Below are positions 1 to 11,140 of a stretch of 64,000 nucleotides of DNA, one piece after another (positions within the stretch are counted from its first letter, which is position 1; every line of letters starts with the position of its first letter). The stretch is from contig JAXLNO010002882.1 in the NCBI GenBank assembly GCA_038087875.1, positions 62,001 to 126,000 of the forward strand. The letters are read 5' to 3'. The translations under genes were made by a program, and so were the position numbers. The notes below the pieces were generated by a model. That model ran no database searches, was not told the origin of the DNA, and was given only the letters and a program-made list of their open reading frames with translations. The stretch comes from Malacoraja senta. Lineage: Eukaryota.

Positions 1-47
1 CAAACTAAACTAAACTATTCACTCGCGTGTTATGTTCGTTCTTATAG

Positions 48-354
48 GAACGGGCGGCGAAGAGTCCGTGTCCCAGGATCCGCCGGAACAAACGGCCGTG
101 GAAGGACAAAGCGTCACGATGAACTGCAGTTACTCTGCAGCGTTCGATGCCAACGCGGCCTTCTGGTACATCCAATATCCCGGGGAGGCGCCAAGATATC
201 TACTCAAGAGACTACGCACTGGGTTTGCGGACCAGTCGCCGGATTTGCCAGACAGGTTTTCTGCTGTTTTTCAGAAAGATAGTAGGACGGTCCCTTTAAT
301 TATCTCCGCGGCCCTTGTGTCAGACTCGGCCGTGTACCTGTGCGCCATGACGCC
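48..354 (+). CDS. TRAV/TRDV: TCR alpha/delta V exon, family A copy 1 (leader lies upstream of the window)
   Basis: Acceptor ttatag|G at 47/48; open V domain with Cys23 (MNC), Trp41 (FWY) and SDSAVYLC; 23-RSS follows. Confidence 0.9.
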
Positions 355-430
355 CACACTGGTGCAGTGAATCAGCGGACCACGACAAAAACCTTACCCG
401 CCACTCCCGCCACCGCTCGCCAGAGGGCGC
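355..430 (+). promoter_or_regulatory. 23-RSS (355-393) plus CTCF-like motif (417-430)
   Basis: CACACTG-23-ACAAAAACC; TCGCCAGAGGGCGC. Confidence 0.88.
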
Positions 431-548
431 GCTCACCCGGCTAAACGAAGGAGGTGCTTTTGCGAATCCGCAGAGAACAAATACTCTGTAGGTGCCTGAT
501 GTCTACAGTATATTTTCCCTTTGTCTCTACAGGTGTAGCTCACCCTCT

Positions 549-810
549 CGGGGCGGCATAGTAGCGCGGCGGTGGAGTTGCTGCCTTACAGCGCCAGAGA
601 CTTGAGTTCCATCCTGACCTCGGGCGTTGCCTGTGTGGAGTTCACAGCTCACCCTGTGACTGCGTGGATTTACTCCGGGTGCTGCGGTTTCCCCCCGCGC
701 CCCAAGGACACGTGCGTTTATCGAGTGTTTGCAAATTGTTCATAATGTGCTGTGAGTGGATACAAAAGTGAGATAACATAGATAACAAATGTATGATCAA
801 TGACCGGTGT
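549..810 (+). mobile_element. tRNA-derived SINE (V-SINE/HE1-like), 3'-degenerate
   Basis: GGGCGGCA..GTAGCGC head with A/B-box-like motifs and a conserved central domain; paralogs at ~12839, 21250, 31089, 41217. Confidence 0.7.
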
Positions 811-1427
811 GGGCGATGAGCAGCGCTGCATCTTTTAATAAATTCAGAAATCAGATTTGGTTCCTAATAAAAGGACCCTAGTCCTTCCATAAAATGTGCA
901 AATCGCCAATCTGAGTTGCAAGGCGCTAGGTTGAGCCAAGCGAAGTGGAGTTTAGTCGTGTAGTTTTGTTTAGAGATTAGTTTAGAGATGCAGCTCGAAA
1001 ATAGGCCCTTCGGCCCACCGAGGCCGCGCCGACCAGCGATCCGCGGACACTGGCCCTATTGTGCACACTGAGGACATTTACAATATTTACCGGCTCGGCT
1101 CGCGGTGGCCCTCGTCGCTCTCGGAGGCTTTCAATAAACCCTCGGCCGTTCCCTACATACTCTCGACGGCCTTCCTGCGCTCTCGGCAGCCCTGCGCGGC
1201 CTCGGCGGCCCCACCAGGCGGTTCGTTGAGTTATGCGGGGCGCATCTGGGGAGCTTTCTGCCTCAGGTGCCTCAGTTGTATGTGCGCAACCAATCATGTG
1301 CAGGAAACGCCGCCTAGAGTATACGGTAGTGAAGCTGATCTTTGCTTCTATTCACACATCGCATACGAGGCAAGAGCACAGTGTGAAAGTCGTCTCCTTC
1401 TTTCTCTCTCTTTCTAAGTCGGGCACC

Positions 1428-2253
1428 ATGTGCGCTTAGTGTCTCTTGGCGCTGATACTCCTCGTGGTGCCCGGTGAGTTTGTGTTTCATTGTTCAGTGT
1501 GCAATCCGTGACTTCCAGGTACTGCCCGTTCTCTGACACCGGGGTTCAATGTAGGTTCACCTGGTTACTTCCCTGGATGGCGGGTACTGACATATAATGA
1601 AGTAATGAGTCGACTGGGCTTGTATTCACTGGAATTTAGAAGGGTGAGAGGAGATCGTATAGAAACATATAACACTCTTAAAGGATTGGAGAGGCGAACT
1701 GCAGGAGAAATGTTCCCGATATTGGGGGAGTCCAGAACCAGGGGTCATACTGATTAAGAATAAGGGGTCGGCCATTTAGGACTGTGACGAGGAAAAACAA
1801 TTTTCACCCAGAGAGTTGTGAATCTGTCGAATTCTATGGAAGGCAGTGGAGGCTAATTCGCTGATTGTTGTCAAGAGGGAGTTTGGTTTAGCTCTTAGGG
1901 CTAACGGAATCAAGGGATATAGGGGAAAAGCAGGAACGGGGTACTGATTTTGGATGATTTTAGATTGAATGTTGGTGCTGGCTCGAAGGGCCGGAAGGCC
2001 TACTCCTGCACCAATTTTTCTAACTTTCTATGAGTCGCTCTGTGCTTTCTTATAGGTACCCGTGGCGGTGACTCAGTGTTTCAGTTCCCGCTGCAACTGG
2101 TTGCCGAGGAAGGACAGAGCCTTACACTGAACTGCACTTACTCCGAAGGATTCAGCGCCAACTTCGCCTGCTGGTACATCCAATATCCCGGGGAAGCGCC
2201 TAGATACGTAGTGAAGATATACAGCCACGGGGCAGACGACCGGTCTCCAGATT
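1428..2253 (+). pseudogene. TRAV/TRDV: Family B V pseudogene copy 1: nonsense codon in leader, V truncated after CDR2
   Basis: Leader 1428-1473 reads ATG TGC GCT TAG; V exon 2056-2253 breaks at CCAGATT into unrelated sequence and an N gap; no RSS. Confidence 0.85.
1535..2030 (+). mobile_element. CR1 LINE 3' fragment in the family B intron
   Basis: Matches the ORF2 C-terminus and 3' tail (GGCCTACTCCTGCACC) of the element at 7812-11238; paralogs at ~22230, 32485, 42615. Confidence 0.85.
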
Positions 2254-2782
2254 AGAGATATAGACCAGCCTNNNNNNNNNNNNNNNNNNNNNNNNNNNNN
2301 NNNNNNNNNNNNNNNNNNNNNNNNNNNNNNNNNNNNNNNNNNNNNNNNNNNNNNNNNNNNNNNNNNNNNNNNNNNNNNNNNNNNNNNNNNNNNNNNNNNN
2401 NNNNNNNNNNNNNNNNNNNNNNNNNNNNNNNNNNNNNNNNNNNNNNNNNNNNNNNNNNNNNNNNNNNNNNNNNNNNNNNNNNNNNNNNNNNNNNNNNNNN
2501 NNNNNNNNNNNNNNNNNNNNNNNNNNNNNNNNNNNNNNNNNNNNNNNNNNNNNNNNNNNNNNAAGAGAGAGAGAGTGAGAGGTACGTACAACCCCTGGGG
2601 GAGGAATGGAAACTGTAGCACATTCTGATTGGTGTTCTACGTGTCCCAGCCAATCCTGTCGTGACGGTTCGCCCCTTAGTTTCAGACTACGATGGATCAC
2701 CCTTTTCTTTCTCATATCATTTACCTCATGCAACATCTCGGAAACAGAACGCCTTCAAGTTTCGATCTTTAAAGCAGGCGCG

Positions 2783-3220
2783 ATGACTTTTTATTGCCTC
2801 AGCTTTATTATATTGGCATGGCTTCCTGGTGAGTCTCCATTTAAAGACAACAGCCAGCACGCTTCCCGCGTGTTTAATGCACCTTTGGGCCGTTCATACA
2901 TTCCGTCTTTTTGTTTCAGGAACGAGTGGGGAAGAATGGGTAACTCAGGATCCGCCTGAATTAACGACCGAGGAAGGACAAGTCATAGTAATGAACTGTA
3001 CCTACTCAGGAGTTGGTGCCACCATCGTTTGGTACAGCCAGCACGGCGAGCAAAGTCCTAAATACCTGCTGAAAATATATGCCAGCGGCGAAGTAGATCC
3101 GTCCGCGGATTGTCCGGTCAGGTTTACGGCTGCTGTGCAGAAAAGCAACAAGTTGGCTCGTTTAACTATTTCCGAGGCTCTTGTGTCGGATTCCGCCGTG
3201 TATCTGTGTGCCATCATCCC
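2783..3220 (+). CDS. TRAV/TRDV: Family C V gene copy 1 (leader 2783-2828, V exon 2920-3220), open
   Basis: Leader MTFYCLSFIILAWLP|gtgagt; 91-bp intron; EEWVTQDPP...MNC...WY...SDSAVYLCAII. Confidence 0.9.
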
Positions 3221-3304
3221 CACACTGTTGCTTTTGGATGGTGGATCTGCACAAAAACCCAACACCCATCCCAGCGCTGTCATAAAGTGACCACTAGAAG
3301 GCGC
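3221..3304 (+). promoter_or_regulatory. 23-RSS (3221-3259) plus CTCF-like motif (3291-3304)
   Basis: CACACTG-23-ACAAAAACC; CCACTAGAAGGCGC. Confidence 0.88.
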
Positions 3305-4934
3305 ATTTAGCGGCGTAAGCGGAAGCGTCTGGCACACCAGTGAGAACGAAATGGTCTCTTTAAATGGGCTCAGGCAGCAGCAAATGGTGGTCCTGGGTCG
3401 GACGAATTGGCAATGACTGCAACTGGTTAGGAACATTGCCATTCATTTCAGTGCAATCTAAATTTATTTTATTTCTAGTTAAACAGAATATAAAGCAGTG
3501 CAGCACAGGNNNNNNNNNNNNNNNNNNNNNNNNNNNNNNNNNNNNNNNNNNNNNNNNNNNNNNNNNNNNNNNNNNNNNNNNNNNNNNNNNNNNNNNNNNN
3601 NNNNNNNNNNNNNNNNNNNNNNNNNNNNNNNNNNNNNNNNNNNNNNNNNNNNNNNNNNNNNNNNNNNNNNNNNNNNNNNNNNNNNNNNNNNNNNNNNNNN
3701 NNNNNNNNNNNNNNNNNNNNNNNNNNNNNNNNNNNNNNNNNNNNNNNNNNNNNNNNNNNNNNNNNNNNNNNNNNNNNNNNNNNNNNNNNNNNNNNNNNNN
3801 NNNNNNNNNNNNNNNNNNNNNNNNNNNNNNNNNNNNNNNNNNNNNNNNNNNNNNNNNNNNNNNNNNNNNNNNNNNNNNNNNNNNNNNNNNNNNNNNNNNN
3901 NNNNNNNNNNNNNNNNNNNGGGAGAGAGAAGGAGAGCGACAGAGTAGAATGACAAAACCATCGGTATGATTGTTGCTGGGCAGATATTATTGTCCAGCAG
4001 TCCGACAGGCTATAACACCTTACTTCGTGGAATACATAGGAAATAATGGTTTGTTCGGAAATTTAATCCTGGGATTCGCGCGTCCTTCCTCTCCGCTTCC
4101 AAATCACAAACCGCAATCCGGTTGTCCGTTTCTATTGTCCTCCCCTTTGGATCTCGCAGGCAGCTTCTCATGAATACAAGGGCGTGGAGAGAACGTTGCA
4201 CTCCGATGGTGATCTCCGTCGTTTTGTCACCCAGTTTCTGCAACAGGCGAAAGGCTGGTTTGATTTGCGATTGGTGATAACCGGTCTGTCCAAGTATGGA
4301 AACCGACACGCTGAACGCTCGCAAGTGAGTTCTGATATCTCGGGGAACACCGCGGTAAATCTCCAAAGAACTTCAAAAGTAAAGGAGGCGGGAAGTTTAT
4401 TGAGGGGCTTCGAGGGCCAGACTGACAGACAGAAGGTAGGACGTGCGAGATCAACCATTGCACGGAAATGAACTCCATTTTCCGAACTTACTTAACAGTT
4501 TATTGACTTTTCACTCCCATCCTCGCACTTTGGCCCCTTACACTTAGCACTTTCAGCTGCTCGTCTCCCGGGTAACATTTCCTCTTTGTTAGCTCCCCAC
4601 GACCTGACCATACACTTGTGACAAGTCATGGCGAAAGGCATTACACCAGTACTCGGTGAAAATAATTCAACGATGTTCAAAACCCACAGAATGGTGTTGA
4701 ACAGTCGGTAGAAACTTTACATTATCTGAAGAGTTTCGCTGCGCCCCCTCCTCCCCCCACCTCGTGGTGGGCGGGTCTTACGTAAACGGGCTCACATTGC
4801 GTGGGTTATGATAACCCATCCAATCCGGCGTCAGATGCACGCCACATTGCCTCCTAAAGACATCAGCATCTGTCGTCCGATATCAGATGCGGGGCAGCGA
4901 GATCTTGAAAACAACTACCTCTTCTCTGTTTGCC

Positions 4935-6270
4935 ATGTGGTCGACATGTTCTTTGCTCGTAATAACGTTCGTCCTGCCGAGTAAGTCTGCGTTTAAACGC
5001 TCCGTATGTGCACCAAGACTCTGATAAGATAGAAGTTTGCCACATTATAGCACGCACAGATAGGGTAGAATGTCAAAACACATTTTCCCAAGGGTGACGT
5101 GTCAAAGTCTGGAGGGCGCAGATTTAAGGTGAAAGTAGCAATGTTTAAAGGAGATGTGCGGGGAAAGGGGTAACGGGTGCCTGGCACAGACTGCAAGGGC
5201 GTGTCAATGCAGGCATAGATGAAAGTGGTGTTTACCAGATTATTAGGTAGGCATATGACAATAGACAATAGATAAGAGGTGCAGGATTAGGCCATTCGCC
5301 CGTTCAAGACAGCACCGCCGTTCAATGTGATCATGGCTGATCATCCCCAATCAGTAACCCATTCCTGCCGTCTCCCCATATCCCCTGACTCCGCTATCTT
5401 AAAGAGCCATATCTAGCTCTCTCTTGAAAGTAACCAGGGAACCGGCCTCCACCGCCCTCTGAGGCAGGGAATTCCACAACGAAACAACTCCCTGTGTGAA
5501 AAAAGTGTTTCCTCATCTCCATTCCAAATAGCTTACCCCTTATTCTTAAACTGTGGCACTAGGTTCTGGACTCCCCCAACATCGGAAACATGTTTCCTGC
5601 CACTAGCGTGTCCAAACCCGTAATAATTTTATGTGCTTCAATAAGATTCCCTCTCATCCTTCTAAATTCCAGAGTGTACAAGCCCAGCCGCTCCATTCTC
5701 TCAGCACGTGACAATCCCACCATTCCGGGAATTAACATTGTGAACCTACGCTGCACTTCCTCTAGAGCAAGAGTATGGATAAGCAGGGAATGGAGGGTTA
5801 GGGATTATGTCAATAAAGATAGATTAGTTTATGTTAGCATTATGCTCGGCACCGATATTGTGAAGGAAGGTCTGTTCTTGTGCTGTACAGATCGATGTTA
5901 TTTGTCGGTTATTTGTTGTAGGCTTTGAGCTTCATCGCATGTTTCTTTTTTGCTTTATTACAGGAAGCTACGGCGAGGAGTCCATGTCTCAATATCCGCC
6001 TGAACTCACTGTTGTTGAAGGACAAGACGTAATACTTAATTGCAATTACCCCAAATCTTACAATAATCAGGTCGCTTTCTGGTACATTCAGAACGGTGGG
6101 CAAGCGCCTAAATATCTACTAAAAAAATATAATGCCGACTCCGGAGATCGGGCTGATGATTTGCCAGAGAGGTTTTCTGCTGCTTACCACAAAGGGAATC
6201 TCTCGATACCTTTAAGTATCTCCGGCGTCCTTGTCTCCGATTCCGCCGTGTATCTCTGCGCCATGAGGCC
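4935..6270 (+). CDS. TRAV/TRDV: Family D V gene copy 1 (leader 4935-4980, V exon 5964-6270), open
   Basis: 46-nt leader MWSTCSLLVITFVLP-A|gtaagt; 983-bp intron filled with CR1 pieces; EESMSQYPP...LNC...FWY...SDSAVYLCAMR. Confidence 0.85.
5040..5890. mobile_element. Nested CR1 LINE fragments, both orientations, in the family D intron
   Basis: Minus-strand ORF2 C-terminus (QRRFTMLIPGMVGLSRAERMERLGLYTLE) with a (GACAATA)n tail; flanking plus-strand pieces; paralog ~16880-17730. Confidence 0.8.
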
Positions 6271-6348
6271 CACACTGCGGCACCGAAGCGGCTGATCCGA
6301 ACAAAAACTCTCTTTCGTCATTTCACTCGAATCTTCACCAGAGGGCGC
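6271..6348 (+). promoter_or_regulatory. 23-RSS (6271-6309) plus CTCF-like motif (6335-6348)
   Basis: CACACTG-23-ACAAAAACT; TCACCAGAGGGCGC. Confidence 0.88.
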
Positions 6349-6665
6349 TCTCTTCCATCGTCCAAAAGCACTCCAATCCAAAATAGAATATTACCCTCAA
6401 ACACGAAGCGCAGAGCTTCATCTTCCAACATACTTTACATGTTTGCTTTGGTTTTATTCCTACTCGTCGACGGGCCTTTTTTTGCATTCCCCGTCTACAT
6501 TCCATCTTTTATCCTCGCAGTTCCTGACGTGATTGTTCCCCATAATGCTCCACAAGGCTCCTGTTTCCACTTCACTACTCCGCGACATGCGTTTAACAAG
6601 TGATTCTGGAAAGGAGGGTTCGAGATCCTCTGAACTCAGTAAGAATATAATCAACGAACAAAACA

Positions 6666-6985
6666 GGGCAGCACAGTGGCGCAGCTGGAAGTGCTGCAGC
6701 CACACTGCGCCTGGGACCCGGTTTCGATTCTGACCTGCTATATCGCCTGTGTGGAGTTTGCAGGTTATCCCTGTGATCGCGTGGATTTCCCCCGGGTGTT
6801 CCGGTTTCCTCGCATAACCCAAGGACGTGCGGGTTTGTACGTTTATTGGGCTTTATAAATTGCCCCTGGTGTGTAGGGAGCGGAGGACAAAGTGGGATTA
6901 CGTTCGCTAGTGCGAACGTGTGATCGATGGTCTGCATGGACTCGATGGGCAGAAGGGCCTGTTTTTTCCGCGCTGTGTCGCTAAA
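6666..6985 (+). mobile_element. tRNA-derived V-SINE-like element, near full length
   Basis: GGGCAGCACAGTGGCGCAG...GGTTTCGATTC head and GAAGGGCCTGTT..GCTGT tail; paralogs ~18500, 28206, 38333. Confidence 0.75.
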
Positions 6986-7811
6986 CAAAATTGAACCCTA
7001 TTCAAAACACAGAAAAATGCTGAGTTTGGAAGAATGTTTGAGAGACTTCGCGATATCGGGATGCATGCCCGAGGAATCATCAAATCCTTATATTAATATT
7101 AGATCGTTACGTGATCGGGTCGCATTAAGAACGTTAGAAGACGTTAAATAAAAGAGTATAACCATGTCCCCTTTTGTGCTTTTTGCTCCTACATTGGGCG
7201 TGAAGGCTCTCTGCATCACCCCATCTATTCCCCTCATTGTGTTATAAACCATTGTAAGATCAATCTCCGGCTTCCTGCCCTCCATGGTATAAAATCACAG
7301 GCTGCACAACTTCTTCCTCTGGCTCAGCCCCCGGTGTTTCAAGTCTAGTCCAGAATCTGGAGGACAAACATATTAAACGGCCTGAAGAACTCAGCGGGTC
7401 CAGCAACACCTGGGGCAAGAGGGCAACGATTCGGTGAAGACCCAAGGCCAATATTGCCCCTTTCCTCTTTCTACGCGTCTAAAGCACATTGTATTGTTCT
7501 GTTGGGGCATTTATAAACGCTGTGGTCTGAGATTATTAATTGGAATATATTTCACACAATGACATAAATAGAACACGGCAAACCGGATAAGGAAATGATA
7601 TAATTGAGCCAACTGTGTATTTCCTCGGGAGGCTATAGTCTATGTATCTATGTATCTATGTGTCGCTGCATCTGTAAAACGCCCTTTACCCTTGTATGGT
7701 CTCACTCGGAAGCAGGCGGGCGTCACCGAAAGCCAGAAAATGGAGAGACAGCCAGACAAACGTAGCATATGAACACCGACAGCATCATGAATGGCGCTGC
7801 AGGGAAAGACG

Positions 7812-8108
7812 CTGCAGCGTGACTTTAGAGAGCTCGGAAAAATGCTGAAAAGCAGGACCTCCAGGGTTGTTATCTCCGGTTTGCTTCCAGTTCCTCGTGC
7901 TGGCGAGAGCAGGAACAGGGAGATACGGGACCTGAACGTGTGGCTCAGGAACTGGTGCACGGGGCAGGGATTTAGATTCTTAGATCACTGGGATCTGTTT
8001 TGGGGTAAGGGGGAACTGTACAAAAGGGACGGATTGCATCTTAACAGGTGTGGGACCAGCATTCTGGCAGGCAGGTTTGCCACTGCTACACGGGTGGTTT
8101 TAAACTGA
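7812..8108 (+). CDS. CR1 ORF1 C-terminal part (SGNH esterase-like), 5'-truncated
   Basis: DFRELG..SRVVISGLLPVPR...RDGLHLN...VVLN* matches the typical CR1 ORF1 esterase end. Confidence 0.85.
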   Translation: MQRDFRELGKMLKSRTSRVVISGLLPVPRAGESRNREIRDLNVWLRNWCTGQGFRFLDHWDLFWGKGELYKRDGLHLNRCGTSILAGRFATATRVVLN

Positions 8109-8203
8109 ATAAGGGGGGTGGGGTGTCGAATGGGATAGTGGAGGATGGAGTTAAAGGGAAAGGGTTTCTTAAATGTGTGAGCGTAGAGACAGAGGAGTGT
8201 AAA

Positions 8204-11140
8204 ATGAGGGTAGAAGCAATAGGTAGCAAGGTGAAAAGTAAAAGTGGAAGACAGACAAAACCAGGGCAAAAATCAAAAAGGGCCACTTTTCAACATAATT
8301 GTATAAGGGGTAAGAGTGTTGTAAAAACAAGCCTGAAGGCTTTATGTCTCAATGCAAGGAGCATTCGTAATAAGGTGGATGAGTTGAATGTGCAGATAGC
8401 TATTAATGACTATGATATAGTTGGGATCACGGAGACATGGCTCCAGGGTGACCAAGGCTGGGAGCTGAACATCCAGGGATATTCAATATTCAGGAGGGAT
8501 AGAGAGAAAGGAAAAGGAGGTGGGGTAGCGTTGCTGGTTAGAGAGGAGATTAACGCAGTGGAAAGGAAGGACATTAGCTTGGAGGATGTGGAATCGGTAT
8601 GGGTAGAGCTGCGAAACACTAAGGGGCAGAAAACGCTGGTGGGTGTTGTGTACAGGCCACCTAGCAGTAGTAGTGAAGTTGGGGATGGCATCAAACAGGA
8701 AATTAGAAATGCGTGCGACAAAGGCAAAACAGTTATAATGGGTGACTTCAATCTACATATAGATTGGGTGAATCAAATTGGCAGGGGTGCTGAGGAAGAG
8801 GATTTCTTGGAATGTATGCGGGATAGTTATCTAAATCAACATGTAGAGGAACCAACGAGAGAGCAGGCTATTTTAGACTGGGTATTGAGTAATGAGGAAG
8901 GGTTAGTTAGCAGTCTTGTTGTACGTGCCCCCTTGGGCAAGAGTGACCATAATATGGTTGAGTTCTTCATTAGGATGGAGAGTGACATTGTTAATTCAGA
9001 AACAATGGTTCTGAACTTAAAGAAAGGTAACTTTGAGGGTATGAGACATGAATTGGCCATGATTGACTGGCAATTAATTCTAAAAGGGTTGACGGTGGAC
9101 ATGCAATGGAAGACATTTAAAGACTGCATGGATGAACTACAAAAATTGTTCATCCCAGTTTGGCAAAAGAATAAATCAGGGAAGGTAGTGCATCCGTGGA
9201 TAACAAGGGAAATCAGGGATGGTATCAAAGCGAAAGATGATGCGTACAAATTAGCCAGAAAAAGCAGCATACCAGAGGACTGGGAGAAATTCAGAGACCA
9301 GCAGAGGAGGACAAAGGGCTTAATTAGGAAAGGAAAAATAGATTATGAAAGAAAACTGGCAGGGAACATAAAAACTGACTGCAAAAGTTTTTATAAATAT
9401 GTAAAAAGAAAGAGATTAGTTAAACCAAATGTAGGTCCCTTGCAGTCAGAAACAGGTGAGTTGATCATGGGGAACAAGGATATGGCGGACCAATTGAATA
9501 ACTACTTTGGTTCCGTCTTCACTAAGGAAGACATAAATAATCTGCCGGAAATAGCAGGGGACCGCGGGTCAAAGGAGTTGGAGGAATTGAGTGAAATCCA
9601 GGTTAGTCGGGAAGTGGTTTTGGGTAAATTGAATGGATTAAAGGCCGATAAATCCCCAGGGCCAGATAGGCTGCATCCCAGAGTACTTAAGGAAGTAGCT
9701 CCAGAAATAGTGGATGCATTAGTAATAATCTTTCAAAATTCTTTAGATTCTGGAGTAGTTCCTGAGGATTGGCGAGTAGCAAACGTAACCCCACTTTTTA
9801 AGAAGGGAGGGAGAGAGAAAACGGGGAATTACAGACCAGTTAGTCTAACATCGGTAGTGGGGAAACTGCTAGAGTCAGTTATTAAAGATGGGATAGCAGC
9901 ACATTTGGAAAGTGGTGAAATCATTGGACAAAGTCAGCATGGATTTACGAAAGGTAAATCATGTCTGACGAATCTTATAGAATTTTTCGAGGATGTAACT
10001 AGTAGCGTGGATAGGGGAGAACCAGTGGATGTGGTGTATCTGGACTTCCAGAAGGCTTTCGACAAGGTCCCACATAAGAGATTAGTATACAAACTTAAAG
10101 CACATGGCATTGGGGGTTCAGTATTGATGTGGATAGAGAACTGGCTGGCAAACAGGAAGCAAAGAGTAGGAGTAAACGGGTCCTTTTCGCAATGGCAGGC
10201 AGTGACTAGTGGGGTACCGCAAGGCTCAGTGCTGGGACCCCAGCTATTTACAATATATATTAATGACCTGGATGAGGGAATTGAAGGCAATATCTCCAAG
10301 TTTGCGGATGACACTAAGCTGGGGGGCAGTGTTAGCTGTGAGGAGGATGCTAGGAGACTGCAAGGTGACTTGGATAGGCTGGGTGAGTGGGCAAATGTTT
10401 GGCAGATGCAGTATAATGTGGATAAATGTGAGGTTATCCATTTTGGTGGCAAAAACAGGAAAGCAGACTATTTTCTAAATGGTGGCCGACTAGGAAAAGG
10501 GGAGATGCAGCGAGACCTGGGTGTCATGGTACACCAGTCATTGAAAGTAGGCATGCAGGTGCAGCAGGCAGTGAAGAAAGCGAATGGTATGTTAGCTTTC
10601 ATAGCAAAAGGATTTGAGTATAGGAGCAGGGAGGTTCTACTGCAGTTGTACAGGATCTTGGTGAGACCACACCTGGAGTATTGCGTACAGTTTTGGTCTC
10701 CAAATCTGAGGAAGGACATTATTGCCATAGAGGGAGTGCAGAGAAGGTTCACCAGACTGATTCCTGGGATGTCAGGACTGTCTTATGAAGAAAGACTGGA
10801 TAGACTTGGTTTATACTCTCTAGAATTTAGGAGATTGAGAGGGGATCTTATAGAAACTTACAAAATTCTTAAGGGGTTGGACAGGCTAGATGCAGGAAGA
10901 TTGCTCCCGATGTTGGGGAAGTCCAGGACAAGGGGTCACAGCTTAAGGATAAGGGGGAAATCCTTTAAAACCGAGATGAGAAGAACTTTTTTCACACAGA
11001 GAGTGGTGAATCTCTGGAACTCTCTGCCACAGAGGGTAGTCGAGGCCAGTTCATTGGCTATATTTAAGAGGGAGCTAGATGTGGCCCTTGTGGATAAAGG
11101 GATCAGAGGGTATGGAGAGAAGGCAGGTACGGGATACTGA
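8204..11140 (+). CDS. CR1 ORF2: APE endonuclease plus reverse transcriptase (frame open from 8048; first ATG at 8204)
   Basis: NARSIRNK, GITETWL, MGDFN, SDHN (EN); QHGF, LDFQKAFDKVPH, GVPQGSVLGP, FADD (RT); no stops. Confidence 0.95.
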   Translation: MRVEAIGSKVKSKSGRQTKPGQKSKRATFQHNCIRGKSVVKTSLKALCLNARSIRNKVDELNVQIAINDYDIVGITETWLQGDQGWELNIQGYSIFRRDREKGKGGGVALLVREEINAVERKDISLEDVESVWVELRNTKGQKTLVGVVYRPPSSSSEVGDGIKQEIRNACDKGKTVIMGDFNLHIDWVNQIGRGAEEEDFLECMRDSYLNQHVEEPTREQAILDWVLSNEEGLVSSLVVRAPLGKSDHNMVEFFIRMESDIVNSETMVLNLKKGNFEGMRHELAMIDWQLILKGLTVDMQWKTFKDCMDELQKLFIPVWQKNKSGKVVHPWITREIRDGIKAKDDAYKLARKSSIPEDWEKFRDQQRRTKGLIRKGKIDYERKLAGNIKTDCKSFYKYVKRKRLVKPNVGPLQSETGELIMGNKDMADQLNNYFGSVFTKEDINNLPEIAGDRGSKELEELSEIQVSREVVLGKLNGLKADKSPGPDRLHPRVLKEVAPEIVDALVIIFQNSLDSGVVPEDWRVANVTPLFKKGGREKTGNYRPVSLTSVVGKLLESVIKDGIAAHLESGEIIGQSQHGFTKGKSCLTNLIEFFEDVTSSVDRGEPVDVVYLDFQKAFDKVPHKRLVYKLKAHGIGGSVLMWIENWLANRKQRVGVNGSFSQWQAVTSGVPQGSVLGPQLFTIYINDLDEGIEGNISKFADDTKLGGSVSCEEDARRLQGDLDRLGEWANVWQMQYNVDKCEVIHFGGKNRKADYFLNGGRLGKGEMQRDLGVMVHQSLKVGMQVQQAVKKANGMLAFIAKGFEYRSREVLLQLYRILVRPHLEYCVQFWSPNLRKDIIAIEGVQRRFTRLIPGMSGLSYEERLDRLGLYSLEFRRLRGDLIETYKILKGLDRLDAGRLLPMLGKSRTRGHSLRIRGKSFKTEMRRTFFTQRVVNLWNSLPQRVVEASSLAIFKRELDVALVDKGIRGYGEKAGTGY

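Noticed and set aside
1210-1225. CCACCAGGCGGTTC in the GC-rich family B promoter as a promoter CTCF site
   Set aside because: The 3' half departs from the core (no GGCGC); it is only a partial match in GC-rich DNA.
1377-1383. Consensus heptamers CACAGTG here and at 11656 as cryptic or D-segment RSSs
   Set aside because: No nonamer at 12 or 23 bp in either direction.
2073-3969. ORF-track entries with long X runs, and the many short antisense ORFs
   Set aside because: These are artefacts of N blocks, GA/TC microsatellites and the reverse strands of V exons or LINEs.
4160-4324. Possible novel exon (acceptor ctcgcag|, donor |gtgagt, open frame AASHEYKGVERTLHS...)
   Set aside because: The paralog at ~16020-16190 has lost the acceptor AG and is frameshifted; there is no recognisable domain.
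4935-6270. D1 and D2 as leaderless, NAR-TCR supporting-type V-delta segments
   Set aside because: Proper 46-nt leader exons exist ~1 kb upstream (4935-4980 and 16787-16832); the long introns are CR1-filled. No NAR V, D or J lies upstream.
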